From: Candidatus Shapirobacteria bacterium
GTDB lineage: Bacteria; Patescibacteriota; Microgenomatia; UBA12405
Assembly (NCBI GenBank): GCA_041659325.1
Contig: JBAZYN010000003.1
Coordinates: 71,296-135,295, forward strand
Direction of reading: 5' to 3'
Length of the DNA stretch: 64,000 nucleotides
Part shown: positions 19,008 to 28,631 of the stretch, piece by piece
How the letters are laid out: every line of letters begins with the position of its first letter
Numbering within the stretch: the stretch's first letter is position 1
Notes under the pieces: generated by a model
Told to the model about the DNA's origin: nothing
Database searches by the model: none
Seen by the model: the letters and a program-made list of their open reading frames with translations, nothing else
Made by a program: the position numbers and the translations under genes

Positions 19008-19670
19008 ATGGGTGAGCCATTGGCAGATCGTTTTGGAAGGTTATTTGGAAGAGGTGCAAAGCCACAAGGGACGGTGGCGGTTGGACTAAGTTCTGCTCGG
19101 GAGCCCTTGCTACAGACAGTTGCCGCCGAAGGGGCACCGCCGAAGAATGGAATAGAGGTGGCTCTGGCATCCGCAGCTTTTCAAAGATTGAGAGAGCGAT
19201 TTGGAACAAGGCCAGAAGTGGCAGAGACGGGGTTTGGGAAAGACGATTTAACAGTGGGGGATTTGGTGGATATATTGGATTTATATTTGACGGCGAGAGA
19301 TGATAAGGGTATGGGTTTTGCACCTGTGGCCGAGATGGTCGTCGATACAATTTCTGAAGCAACGTGGAAGGAAGAGTGGAATCAAGAACTTACTAAGCTG
19401 CATAAAGCGAGTAAAACAGGCGGGCTAGACAGGCAAAGCCCACTTTATGCGCTATCGGTTGGTTTGGATAGAATCACCAATCCTTCGAGGGTTAGTGGGG
19501 GTGAATTGAGCCACCACCCGGGAGGGATAACGATTGACGGAAAGTCTCCATTATCTACCAATAGATATCAAGTGATGTTGACAAACAGAGGTCAACAGGA
19601 TAATGGTCTTCCAATAAAGGATGTTTTTGTGAAAGCCGGACTACCGGTGGACAGCAACATTAGAATGTAA
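19008..19670 (+). CDS. Hypothetical protein
   Basis: 220-aa ORF between the nuclease 3' end and its remnant. Confidence 0.6.
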   Translation: MGEPLADRFGRLFGRGAKPQGTVAVGLSSAREPLLQTVAAEGAPPKNGIEVALASAAFQRLRERFGTRPEVAETGFGKDDLTVGDLVDILDLYLTARDDKGMGFAPVAEMVVDTISEATWKEEWNQELTKLHKASKTGGLDRQSPLYALSVGLDRITNPSRVSGGELSHHPGGITIDGKSPLSTNRYQVMLTNRGQQDNGLPIKDVFVKAGLPVDSNIRM

Positions 19671-19713
19671 AAGAAGAACTGGCGTTAAAAAAACCTGGAT
19701 GGCAGGATAGATT

Positions 19714-20379
19714 TTAAAACTGGTCAAAAAGTTTTTCATGACAGTTGACGGATTTGGTAAAGCCGGCCTGGAGGGCTTCGGCTTCGGAGCAAAACCAACG
19801 GTCGCCTTCGTCCAGGGCGAGCTGAACATTGGAGTAATTGCCGCAGCCATCAAAAAAATATGTCTTTTTGCCGTCTTTGACATTGCCCTTAATAGAACAC
19901 TTGGGATTGGCGGGATTAACAGATTGGAAACAGAGGGGGCCGAAAATACCGATTTTGGTGGCCTTGGCGGCGGCACCGGCTTTTTGGAGACGGGCAGATT
20001 CGATAGAAGCATTTGAGGTATAACGGGCCCAACCGGAGTTGAGCATTAATTCATTGACCAGAGTACCGTCGGGAAGGTAAACCAGGGCTAAAAAACGATT
20101 GTGAGAATCATTAATTGTGCCGACAATTTTGACCTGTTTGCCTTGTAAAAGTGAAGTTAGTTCCGCTTTGGCCTGGTGATAGCCGCATAAACCTTTTTCG
20201 GGAGCATTGATGTTCATGAGGCGGATGGACTGTTTATTTTCCTCAAGGACAATACTGTCGCCATCGATGATTTCGGAGACAGTATAGAGTTTTTGGGGCG
20301 GAATTTGGGAGCGGATAACGAAGAGACCTAAAAGCAGGTTTAAAATGACGGAAATTACAAGAAAGATCCGAGTCATCAT
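19714..20379 (-). CDS. Thermonuclease (SNase-like) with C-terminal Cys domain
   Basis: IIDGDSI, IRLMNINAPE, DSHNRFLALVY, CSIKGN...C...WFCSEAEA. Confidence 0.9.
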   Translation of the reverse strand: MMTRIFLVISVILNLLLGLFVIRSQIPPQKLYTVSEIIDGDSIVLEENKQSIRLMNINAPEKGLCGYHQAKAELTSLLQGKQVKIVGTINDSHNRFLALVYLPDGTLVNELMLNSGWARYTSNASIESARLQKAGAAAKATKIGIFGPLCFQSVNPANPKCSIKGNVKDGKKTYFFDGCGNYSNVQLALDEGDRWFCSEAEALQAGFTKSVNCHEKLFDQF

Positions 20380-20467
20380 CTAAGAATAGCATGTTATAAT
20401 AACCGCTAGTTTATATAAGCCGAAGATAGGTAAGCGAAAGCTGAAGGGTCGGAGGCAAAAAGAAAAA

Positions 20468-21175
20468 ATGGCGAAAACAAATCCAAAAATTGAAGCCCAG
20501 ACAAGAACCGTTTTGGGGAAAAAGGTTAAAAACTTAAGAGCCCAAGGGATTACTCCGGCAACCGTATACGGAAAAGGAGTTGAGCCGGTGTCGGTTCAAA
20601 TTAATACTAAGGAATTGGATAAACTGTTTGAAGACGTGGGTGAATCGGGATTAATTGATTTTGCAATTGACGGAAAGGTAGTCCCGGTATTGTTTAAAAA
20701 CCCTCAATATCATCCGGTTTTGGGGAACTTAATTCATATCGACTGCCACCAGGTAAATTTGAAAGAGAAAATTACGGCAACAGTACCAATTGAGTTTGTG
20801 GGTGAAAGTACGGCGGTGAAACTGGGAAATGTGTTGGTGGAAGTTTTGATGGAAATCGAGGTGGAAGCATTACCGACTGATTTGCCGGAAAAGATTGAAG
20901 TCGATTTGACGGTTTTGGAAACAGTGGAATCGGTGGTAACAGTGGCCGATTTGAAAGTTGACAGGACCTTAGTCGAGGTTAAAAATGACCCGGAACAGGT
21001 AATTGTGAAGGTGGAACTACCGAGAGAAGAAGAAGTGGAGCCGGTAGCAGCCGCTGAAGAGGCAACCGAACCGGTAGTGGCACCGGCAATGGCCCAGAAA
21101 ACTGAGGAAGAAAAAGAGGCGGATGCCAAGACCAAAGCAGCTGAAAAAGCGGCCTACAAGAAAGACGAAAAATAA
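20468..21175 (+). CDS. rplY: 50S ribosomal protein L25/Ctc
   Basis: LRAQGITPATVYGKG, QYHPV, HID, LPTDLPEKIEVD. Confidence 0.95.
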   Translation: MAKTNPKIEAQTRTVLGKKVKNLRAQGITPATVYGKGVEPVSVQINTKELDKLFEDVGESGLIDFAIDGKVVPVLFKNPQYHPVLGNLIHIDCHQVNLKEKITATVPIEFVGESTAVKLGNVLVEVLMEIEVEALPTDLPEKIEVDLTVLETVESVVTVADLKVDRTLVEVKNDPEQVIVKVELPREEEVEPVAAAEEATEPVVAPAMAQKTEEEKEADAKTKAAEKAAYKKDEK

Positions 21176-21178
21176 AAA

Positions 21179-21628
21179 CTATCTGGGTTGGGAGTCGAAA
21201 AAGAGATTGATGAGGTCGTCTCTAACCGGGTCAGCGTTCTTGGCCAGGAGAAGCGAGTTTTGGGCATCTGAGATTTTGTTCAGGCAGTGTTGGAGTTTGG
21301 CCATTTCCATATAGTCTTCGACGGTTTTGTCGGGTTTGACGACGAGACTGTTGAGCTGTTTTTTGAATTCTTCGGGATCGTTTTTAGCTTTGTAATCGGC
21401 TAAATCGGACTGATCAAGATAAAATTCCTGTGATTGGGCCAAATCCCAGCGACGATTGTCGATATAGAGGCGCCAGAGATTGAGATGGGCAGCATAGCGG
21501 TCCCCTTTTGACAGGGAAAACAAGGCCAGTCTATTTCTGGTGTATGGATCACGGCAAAAATAAACAGTAAGATTGGTAAAAATGAGGATAAAAAGAATAA
21601 TAATCAGAGACAGTTGGGATCTTTTCAT
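21179..21628 (-). CDS. Membrane-anchored helical (TPR-like) hypothetical protein
   Basis: ATGA overlap with valS; N-terminal TM. Confidence 0.65.
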   Translation of the reverse strand: MKRSQLSLIIILFILIFTNLTVYFCRDPYTRNRLALFSLSKGDRYAAHLNLWRLYIDNRRWDLAQSQEFYLDQSDLADYKAKNDPEEFKKQLNSLVVKPDKTVEDYMEMAKLQHCLNKISDAQNSLLLAKNADPVRDDLINLFFDSQPR

Positions 21629-23904
21629 TTTGGCCAGGCGGCGGTGATGAGCATGGCCTCTTTCAGATTATATTTTTTGGCGAGAGTTTGGTAGATATTT
21701 TCGGTGATAAAAGGGATGAAGGGATGAAGAAGCTTGAGAGAAGTAATCATAACGTGGAGAAGGACGGGCAGGGCGTCCGGTCCCCTATTTTTGGTGGATT
21801 CGAGATAAATATCGCAAAAATCATGCCAGAAAAAGTGGTAGAGGTCTTCTGAGGCCTGGCCGAAACGAAAATTATTTAGATTTTTGGTAGTGGATTTGAT
21901 GATTTGGTCGAGTTTGGTGAGGATGGCTTGGTCGGATAAATCCCTCTCGGCTTCGCCGCTTCTCCCTTTGACAAGGGAGATATTTACCGGAGCATCGCCG
22001 AATTTGAATTCGATGAAACGGGCGGCGTTCCAGATTTTGTTGATAAAGTTACGCTGGGCGCGGATTTTGTCTTCGGAGACGACGAAATCAGAGGCGGGGG
22101 CGATGCCGATGACCAGGGACATTCTGAGGGCATCGGTGCCGTATTTTTCGGTCATGGTGAGGGGATCAACCCCATTTCCCTTGGACTTGCTCATTTTTTG
22201 ACCTTTGGAATCGACGACCCGAGAATGAAGATGGACCATTTTGAAGGGAACATCTTTGGCTAAATATAGGCCAAACATGATCATTCTGGCGACCCAGAAG
22301 AAAAGAATATCCCAAAGAGTGTCGAGAACTGAAGTGGGGTAAAAATAGAAAAAATCCGGGGATGATTTTTGCGGATCATCGGGATTGAAACCGAGAGTGT
22401 TTAGAGGCCACTGGCCGCTTAAAAACCAGGTGTCAAAAGTATCGGTTTCCTGCAATAAATGGGTGGACTTGCATTTTGAACAATGCGAAACTTGGTCGAC
22501 GACAAAATCGGTGTCAACCGGGGCGATTAGTGATTGTAGCCCGTTTTTGATTTCTTCATAGGAATATTTGTCTTTTAGATCGGCGTAAAACCCGGAAACT
22601 ATTTCTTGGTCCCGATTTAGGAAGTTAATTTTTATTTGAGGACTGCAGTCCAAACAATACCAGGCGGGAATTTGGGGACCCCAAACAATTTGGCGGCTGA
22701 TATTCCAATCGCGGATATTTTCCATCCAGGTAATAAAAGCTTTTTTGAATCTGGTGGGGAAAAACTTGACCTGTCCCTCTTTGGCGGCGGCAATGGCGGC
22801 CTTGGCTAAAGGATCTATTTTTAGGTACCACTGGGGAGTAACCATGGGCTCGATGGGGCGGTTGCAGCGGTAACAACGGCCGATACGGTGCTGATATTTG
22901 TCGTCTATTTTGACTAACATACCGCGGGATTTCATATCCGCCACCACTTTTTCCCGGGCGGAAGCGACAGTCAGCCCGGCATATGGTCCGGTGAGCTCAT
23001 TTAGACGACCATCAAGACCGATAACCTTTTTGAGAGGTAAATTGTGCCTTTTGGCGGCTTCAAAATCGTTTGGATCGTGAGCGGGGGTGATTTTGACAAC
23101 ACCGGTGCCAAATTCCATATCGACCATATCATCAGCAATTACTTTGACAGTAAAAGGGCCGTTTAGCCCGTCGACGGTGATTTCCTGACCGATGTATTGG
23201 GTATACCGCGTGTCTTTGGGATGGACGGCGACGGCAGTGTCGCCAAACTTTGTTTCGGGGCGGGTGGTGGCCAGAGTGAACGGCCCATACTTCATATAAT
23301 ATAGGCTGGTTGTTTCGTCGACGTAATTGACTTCGAGATTGCTAAAGGCGGTGCCACAGTGAGGACAATAATTGACAATTTTTTCATCACGATAGATAAG
23401 GCCGTCGCGATAGAGCTTTTTGAAGACAGACAGGACATTGTTTACAATCGAGGGCTCCATACTGTAGTGATATCGGGTCCAATCCATGGAGAAACCCAGT
23501 TTTTTCATCTGGAAGACGTTTTGTTGCCGATTTTTTTCGACGAAATCCCAAATCAGCTGATATAGGGTCTGTCTGTCAAAATCAAAACGACTTTTGCCTT
23601 CCTTGGATAATTTTTTTTCGAAAACAAATTGGGTTTCGATGCCGGCATGATCGCCGCCGGGCAGCCATAAGGTGGGATCGCCCAACATGCGGTGATAGCG
23701 GACTAAAATATCTTCGATGGTAAATACGGCATGCCCCATGTGCATGGGATCGTTGGCGTTTGGGAGGGGCAAAATGATGGTGTAGGGTGGGTGGGATTTG
23801 CGAGCCTTTTGAGGATTTTTGGGGACAATCGGGGTGAAGGCGCCTGATTTTTCCCACAGGGAATAGATGTCCTGCTCGTTACTTGGGTCATATGCCTTGT
23901 CCAT
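21625..23904 (-). CDS. valS: Valine--tRNA ligase (short form)
   Basis: HMGH, DHAGIETQ, ATTRPET, KITPAHDPND, DWNISRQI, KMSKS. Confidence 0.97.
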   Translation of the reverse strand: MDKAYDPSNEQDIYSLWEKSGAFTPIVPKNPQKARKSHPPYTIILPLPNANDPMHMGHAVFTIEDILVRYHRMLGDPTLWLPGGDHAGIETQFVFEKKLSKEGKSRFDFDRQTLYQLIWDFVEKNRQQNVFQMKKLGFSMDWTRYHYSMEPSIVNNVLSVFKKLYRDGLIYRDEKIVNYCPHCGTAFSNLEVNYVDETTSLYYMKYGPFTLATTRPETKFGDTAVAVHPKDTRYTQYIGQEITVDGLNGPFTVKVIADDMVDMEFGTGVVKITPAHDPNDFEAAKRHNLPLKKVIGLDGRLNELTGPYAGLTVASAREKVVADMKSRGMLVKIDDKYQHRIGRCYRCNRPIEPMVTPQWYLKIDPLAKAAIAAAKEGQVKFFPTRFKKAFITWMENIRDWNISRQIVWGPQIPAWYCLDCSPQIKINFLNRDQEIVSGFYADLKDKYSYEEIKNGLQSLIAPVDTDFVVDQVSHCSKCKSTHLLQETDTFDTWFLSGQWPLNTLGFNPDDPQKSSPDFFYFYPTSVLDTLWDILFFWVARMIMFGLYLAKDVPFKMVHLHSRVVDSKGQKMSKSKGNGVDPLTMTEKYGTDALRMSLVIGIAPASDFVVSEDKIRAQRNFINKIWNAARFIEFKFGDAPVNISLVKGRSGEAERDLSDQAILTKLDQIIKSTTKNLNNFRFGQASEDLYHFFWHDFCDIYLESTKNRGPDALPVLLHVMITSLKLLHPFIPFITENIYQTLAKKYNLKEAMLITAAWPK
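21938..21981 (+). repeat. Palindromic repeat inserted in-frame in valS
   Basis: 44 nt identical to 28827-28870 in tsaD. Confidence 0.9.
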
Positions 23905-23921
23905 GGGATGATTTTAACATC

Positions 23922-24066
23922 TAAATCCCTCTAAATCTCCCCCTGCCTGCCGGCAGGCAGGCCTGCCCCCTCTTTGAAGAAAGAGGGGGAAATCAAACCC
24001 ACCCATTATCTCCATCCCTTGACTCTCCGAAAGCTTCGCATTCTGGCGGGTGAACAAGGGGGGGAT
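23922..24066 (+). repeat. Mosaic palindromic intergenic repeat
   Basis: aaatccctctaaatctcccc, cctgcctgccggcaggcagg, ccccctctttgaagaaagagggg. Confidence 0.85.
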
Positions 24067-24087
24067 TTATATAAGTTATAATTGACC

Positions 24088-24720
24088 ATGAAACAAGGTG
24101 ATATTTATAAACTTCATAAAAAATATTCCCACGGAAAATATAAAAAGGAGATATTGGAAATTGTTTGGACACATAGCCTAATCGTTAAAGATATTTCATT
24201 GCAAATTGTTAACCATCTTGAAGAAAAATACGGAATTAAGACAGACAAGAAAATTGTTGAATTCGGAGCATTAATTCACGATATCGGTTTTTATGACTGC
24301 TTTGATGATAATTACAAAAAGACATGCAAATATCTGCTTCATGGGAAGATGGGCTACGATATTTTGACTAAAGAAGGGGTGTCGCAAAAAAAAGCGAGAT
24401 TTGCCTTGACACATACCGGAGTGGGGATAAGCAATGAACAAATAGAAAAGGAAAATCTTGATTTACCAAAAAATAATTATGTGCCAATCAGTTTAGAAGA
24501 AGAGATTGTCTGTTATGCCGATAATTTTCATTCAAAAGGTCATCCAAGATTTAATGATTTTGAAGGAACGTTGGAAGAATTAAATAAAATTAACCCGAAT
24601 TACGGGGTAATTTTGAAAAGATATAGAGAAAAATTTGGAATCCCTGACCTAAAACAACTTAAAGAAAAATACAGAGAATGGCACCGTGATATCAATGAAT
24701 GGGTCGAAGGCCTAAAATGA
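24088..24720 (+). CDS. HD-domain (HDIG) hydrolase
   Basis: THS, ALIHDIG, HG, THTG, YADNFHSK; TATAAT 5 nt before ATG 24088. Confidence 0.85.
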   Translation: MKQGDIYKLHKKYSHGKYKKEILEIVWTHSLIVKDISLQIVNHLEEKYGIKTDKKIVEFGALIHDIGFYDCFDDNYKKTCKYLLHGKMGYDILTKEGVSQKKARFALTHTGVGISNEQIEKENLDLPKNNYVPISLEEEIVCYADNFHSKGHPRFNDFEGTLEELNKINPNYGVILKRYREKFGIPDLKQLKEKYREWHRDINEWVEGLK

Positions 24721-24733
24721 TAAAATAGCGAGA

Positions 24734-25903
24734 ATGGAAATAATCAAAATTAACGACAGTTACGAAGAAATTATTAAAAGGACGGCTGAAACGATAAGGG
24801 GCGGCGGACTGGTGATATTCCCATCGGATACGGTATATATTTTGGCGATGGATCCGACAAATGTTGATGCGACAAAGAAACTTTTGGCGTTTAAAAACCG
24901 CTGGGTGGGAAAGGCAATTTCGGTGGCAGTGGCGGATACTAAAATGGCCAAAGATTATGTAGAACTATCGGAAAACGCTGAAAATATATATGCTAACTTG
25001 CTACCCGGACCATTTACGGTAGTAAGCAAGGGAAAACATAAAATGGCGAGCGGGATTGAGGCGGAAAACGGGACTTTGGGGATAAGAATCCCCGATAACA
25101 AATATATTCACGATTTGGTGACAGCCATTGGGAAACCGGTAACGGCGACATCGGCTAATCTGTCGGGGCGGACACCGCATTATTCTATCGAGAGCTTTTT
25201 GAAAACATTGTCGCAGAAAAAGAGGGACATGATTGATTTGATCGTTGATGCGGGGAAACTGCGGTTTAATAAGCCGTCGACAGTTATTGATGCCACTGAG
25301 CCGGAAATCAAAATTTTGAGGCGAGGCGACCTGATTACTGCTAATTCTAAAACTTTGATATCCAAATCGGAAAAGGAAACGGGGAAGATTGCGGAGTTTA
25401 TATTGAATAAATCCCTAAATCAAAATCTACCCCTATCCCCTCCTTTGACGAAAGGAGGGGCACTGCCATTAGTATTTGGACTGAGTGGAGATTTGGGATG
25501 CGGAAAGACAGTGTTTTCGAGGAGTGTGGGGAAAATATTGGGGGTTAAAGAAAAAATCACTAGCCCGACATTTGTGATTATGAATGAGTATGATATCAGT
25601 CTGAAAGTCCAAAAGTCTGAAAGTCTGAAAGTTGGACAGCCGGTTAGTCTGAAAGTCCAAAAGTCTGAAAGTCTGAAAGCCGGGAAGTTTTTACATTTTG
25701 ATTTGTATAGAATCGGAGGCCAGTTTGAATTGGAAGAAATAAAATTTTGGGAACAGTTCAAACCGGGAACCGTGGCTTGTATTGAGTGGCCGGAAAATAT
25801 GGGAAAGGAAAATTTTGAGAAATTGAAAAAGATGACGAATTATAAGGCAATAAACTTTGAATATGTGAACGAGAGAACAAGAAAGATAAGTTATGAGATG
25901 TAA
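24734..25903 (+). CDS. tsaC-tsaE: Fusion of threonylcarbamoyl-AMP synthase (TsaC/YrdC) and ATPase TsaE
   Basis: FPSDTVY, LPGPFT, GIRIP, TSANLSG followed by GDLGCGKT, SPTF, HFDLYR, IEWPE. Confidence 0.92.
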   Translation: MEIIKINDSYEEIIKRTAETIRGGGLVIFPSDTVYILAMDPTNVDATKKLLAFKNRWVGKAISVAVADTKMAKDYVELSENAENIYANLLPGPFTVVSKGKHKMASGIEAENGTLGIRIPDNKYIHDLVTAIGKPVTATSANLSGRTPHYSIESFLKTLSQKKRDMIDLIVDAGKLRFNKPSTVIDATEPEIKILRRGDLITANSKTLISKSEKETGKIAEFILNKSLNQNLPLSPPLTKGGALPLVFGLSGDLGCGKTVFSRSVGKILGVKEKITSPTFVIMNEYDISLKVQKSESLKVGQPVSLKVQKSESLKAGKFLHFDLYRIGGQFELEEIKFWEQFKPGTVACIEWPENMGKENFEKLKKMTNYKAINFEYVNERTRKISYEM

Positions 25904-26045
25904 ACCAAATCCCTCTTTAATTCTCCCTTTGACAAGGGAGAACACTACTCTTGTGCGTAAGAACGACTGAATGTAAGAGACGAATTTTCCGCTTGGGCAA
26001 TCCAAATTGATAAGGGAGATATAAAGTTTTTTGCGAATAGCAGGT

Positions 26046-26921
26046 TTACCAACCGCGGGAGGAGCCGCCGCCGCCGGAACGACCACCGCCAAAGCCGCCA
26101 AAACCACCTCCCCCGCCGGAACGGAAACCACCGCCTTTGAACCCCCCCATAGTCGTCCAGAAATTGGTGGGTTTACCGGATGATTTGAGATTTTTAAAGT
26201 TTTTGGAGAGAAGATAATCAAGAAGTAATCCCAACAAACCGAAGCCGACACCGGCCAAAAGACCGGCGACTAGAAAGCCAATAACAGCTCCGGCGATACC
26301 GCCGGTAAAAATCTCTTTGGAGCGGCCAAGATAGGCAATAAAATAAATAGGAAGCCCGGTAAAAATGAGAAAAAGGATAATGCCCAGAATGTTGCCGGAG
26401 GAGGGTTTCTCGGGTGAATCGGGGGGAATTTGAGTGGGATCTGATAGATAGGCTTCGAGACGATTTACTGTGTTTTGAACACCTAGTTCGTAATTTCCTT
26501 TTTTAAACTCGGGGATAAACTCGGTGTCGAGAATATTGCCGGCCCGACCATCGGTGATTATCGGCTCCAGACCATAACCGACTTCGATTCTGACTTGGCG
26601 CTGCCCGGGAGCGATTAAAAGAAGAAGGCCGTTATCCTGGCCTTTTTTGCCAATCCCCCATTTTTGAAAAAGATCCAGGGCGTATTCTTCGACGGACAAA
26701 TCATCCATGGAAACAACGGTGGCAACGGCAATTTCGTTTTTGGTTTTGGACTCGAAATCGGCCAGGTTTTGATTTAGGATGGCTTCAAATTCGGGGCTTA
26801 AAATTTCGGCATAGTCGTTTACATACCCCCGATATTCGGGGAGGACGACTTTGGCGAAAACCGAATGAACTCCTAGAAAAAGGAAAACAAAAACTAACGT
26901 CAGCAAAACCTTTGGCTTCAT
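26046..26921 (-). CDS. TPM domain membrane protein (YgcG-like)
   Basis: YVNDYA, WGIGKKGQDNGLLLL, RIEVGYGLE, Gly-rich GGGSSRGW tail; follows lemA. Confidence 0.92.
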   Translation of the reverse strand: MKPKVLLTLVFVFLFLGVHSVFAKVVLPEYRGYVNDYAEILSPEFEAILNQNLADFESKTKNEIAVATVVSMDDLSVEEYALDLFQKWGIGKKGQDNGLLLLIAPGQRQVRIEVGYGLEPIITDGRAGNILDTEFIPEFKKGNYELGVQNTVNRLEAYLSDPTQIPPDSPEKPSSGNILGIILFLIFTGLPIYFIAYLGRSKEIFTGGIAGAVIGFLVAGLLAGVGFGLLGLLLDYLLSKNFKNLKSSGKPTNFWTTMGGFKGGGFRSGGGGGFGGFGGGRSGGGGSSRGW

Positions 26922-26924
26922 TTA

Positions 26925-27491
26925 TTAGTTGGTGATGTCCAATTTGACCGAAGGGGCAGTATCGGCACCATCCTGGGCTTGGAAAAATTGTCGTTGTTTG
27001 AAACCAAAAAGATTGGCAAGGAGGCTACCGGGGAAACGAATCACCTTGAGATTGTACTCGGAGACGGTTTCGTTGAACCTTTTTCGTTCGACGGCTATCC
27101 GGTTTTCGGTACCGGCAAGCTCATCCATGAGCCTGACTACCGTAGTGTCGGATTTTAACTCCGGGTAGTTTTCCATAATTACCAAAAGACGACCAAGAGA
27201 GCTTTCGACACCGGTGGCGGCGGCAGATTTTTCATCCACTGTTGTGGCGCCGGCATAGCGGGAACGGGCATCGGCAATATCTTTGAAGATGGTTTGTTCC
27301 TGCTTGAGAACACCTTTGACGGATTCTACTAAATTGGGGATAAGATCGAAGCGGCGCTGATACTGGGTTTCGACCTGGGCCCACTGGACGTCGACACTTT
27401 GATTGCCGGTGACGAGACCATTGTAGGCGGAAATTGCCCATAAAAATAAAAACACGGCGATGACACCGAGGACTAATAGACCTTTTTTCAT
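26925..27491 (-). CDS. lemA: LemA family protein
   Basis: QYQRRFDLIPNLVE, ENYPELK, LAGTENRIAVERKRFN. Confidence 0.95.
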   Translation of the reverse strand: MKKGLLVLGVIAVFLFLWAISAYNGLVTGNQSVDVQWAQVETQYQRRFDLIPNLVESVKGVLKQEQTIFKDIADARSRYAGATTVDEKSAAATGVESSLGRLLVIMENYPELKSDTTVVRLMDELAGTENRIAVERKRFNETVSEYNLKVIRFPGSLLANLFGFKQRQFFQAQDGADTAPSVKLDITN

Positions 27492-27495
27492 ATGT

Positions 27496-28164
27496 TTATA
27501 AAAATTTGAAACTTGTAATTAGTTTTTCGCATTCTGATTTGAGGGCGGCATCCGAGTTGTGAATACACTGGATGGTGTAGAACTTATCTTTGTATTTTAC
27601 ATCAACTAGAGTTTGGGCGGAAATGTCGTAGCGGAAAGCAGGTTGGCCAGAGAGAAGGTAACTTCGGGTGTTGTCCAAAACCGGCCGGCCGGGATTTTCC
27701 CAGGACCAATCACTACCGACATGGACGGCGATATTGCCACCAATACGATAGAAAGCAATTCTGTGGCCGGTAGGTTCGGCAATTTTGTATACTTTTCTAT
27801 CTGACATATAGGAAAGGGTGAACCCATCTTCGGTGCCATCATAGGTCTGAAAAGCGGGGGTGGGCCCGGGGGTTAGGGTGGGAGCCGGGGAATCTTCCGG
27901 CGAAGGAAGTGGCGAAGAGGTGGCGGGGAATTCGGAGGGAGTTTCTGAGACAGAGGGAACAAATTCGGGAGACGGGGTGGCGGATTGCGGGTTTTCCTCG
28001 AAAACGAGGGGAGGTTCGGGCGGAGTAACAATATTATCCTGCGTTGATTTTATTTTGAAAAACAAAAAAATACCGATGAGGGAGAGGATGACAAAAACAG
28101 CAGAAAGGGAGAGATATCTTTTGTTGGATTGAAGCTGATCAAGATTAGCACGACTGGTATCCAT
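27496..28164 (-). CDS. Membrane-anchored hypothetical protein with Pro-rich linker
   Basis: TM, PS/PT linker, PsbP-like tail ending SFKFL. Confidence 0.65.
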   Translation of the reverse strand: MDTSRANLDQLQSNKRYLSLSAVFVILSLIGIFLFFKIKSTQDNIVTPPEPPLVFEENPQSATPSPEFVPSVSETPSEFPATSSPLPSPEDSPAPTLTPGPTPAFQTYDGTEDGFTLSYMSDRKVYKIAEPTGHRIAFYRIGGNIAVHVGSDWSWENPGRPVLDNTRSYLLSGQPAFRYDISAQTLVDVKYKDKFYTIQCIHNSDAALKSECEKLITSFKFL

Positions 28165-28229
28165 CAGTTAATGATACAGAGTCAGGGAAACATTGGCAAG
28201 AGAAACTAGCCTAACGGTATCTTTATTTT

Positions 28230-28481
28230 CTACCCTTTTACCGGCCATACCCCTGGCCCCTTTGGCTGACTATTTTGTGCCTCAGCCTGATTAGCTACCG
28301 GAAGACCGAGTGGTAACAAGCCGGCCCTTGTATCTTCTAGATTAACCGAGTCTGCCCCTTTGACTACCGGTTGCCCGAAAATACTTATAAATACTGTTCC
28401 GTCCGGAGAATTATCAAATTCATCGCGGGTAATTAGTAAAATATCAGCTTGGTTTTGTGGATCCCCTTCTTTCAATGTCAT
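28230..28481 (-). CDS. Small hypothetical protein
   Basis: 83-aa ORF with AT-rich leader and upstream TTGACA/TATAAT-like elements. Confidence 0.55.
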   Translation of the reverse strand: MTLKEGDPQNQADILLITRDEFDNSPDGTVFISIFGQPVVKGADSVNLEDTRAGLLPLGLPVANQAEAQNSQPKGPGVWPVKG

Positions 28482-28631
28482 AGATAATAATAAAAATAAT
28501 TATTGTTCTGATTATAATGTATGTTATAGGTCTTTGTCAAGAGTATTACCGGCAATGGACGTTTACTACCTTGTGTGTTTTTCGATTGGATTTCGCGGGA
28601 AGAGACAAGGCCAGGGCGGTATAATAGGCGG

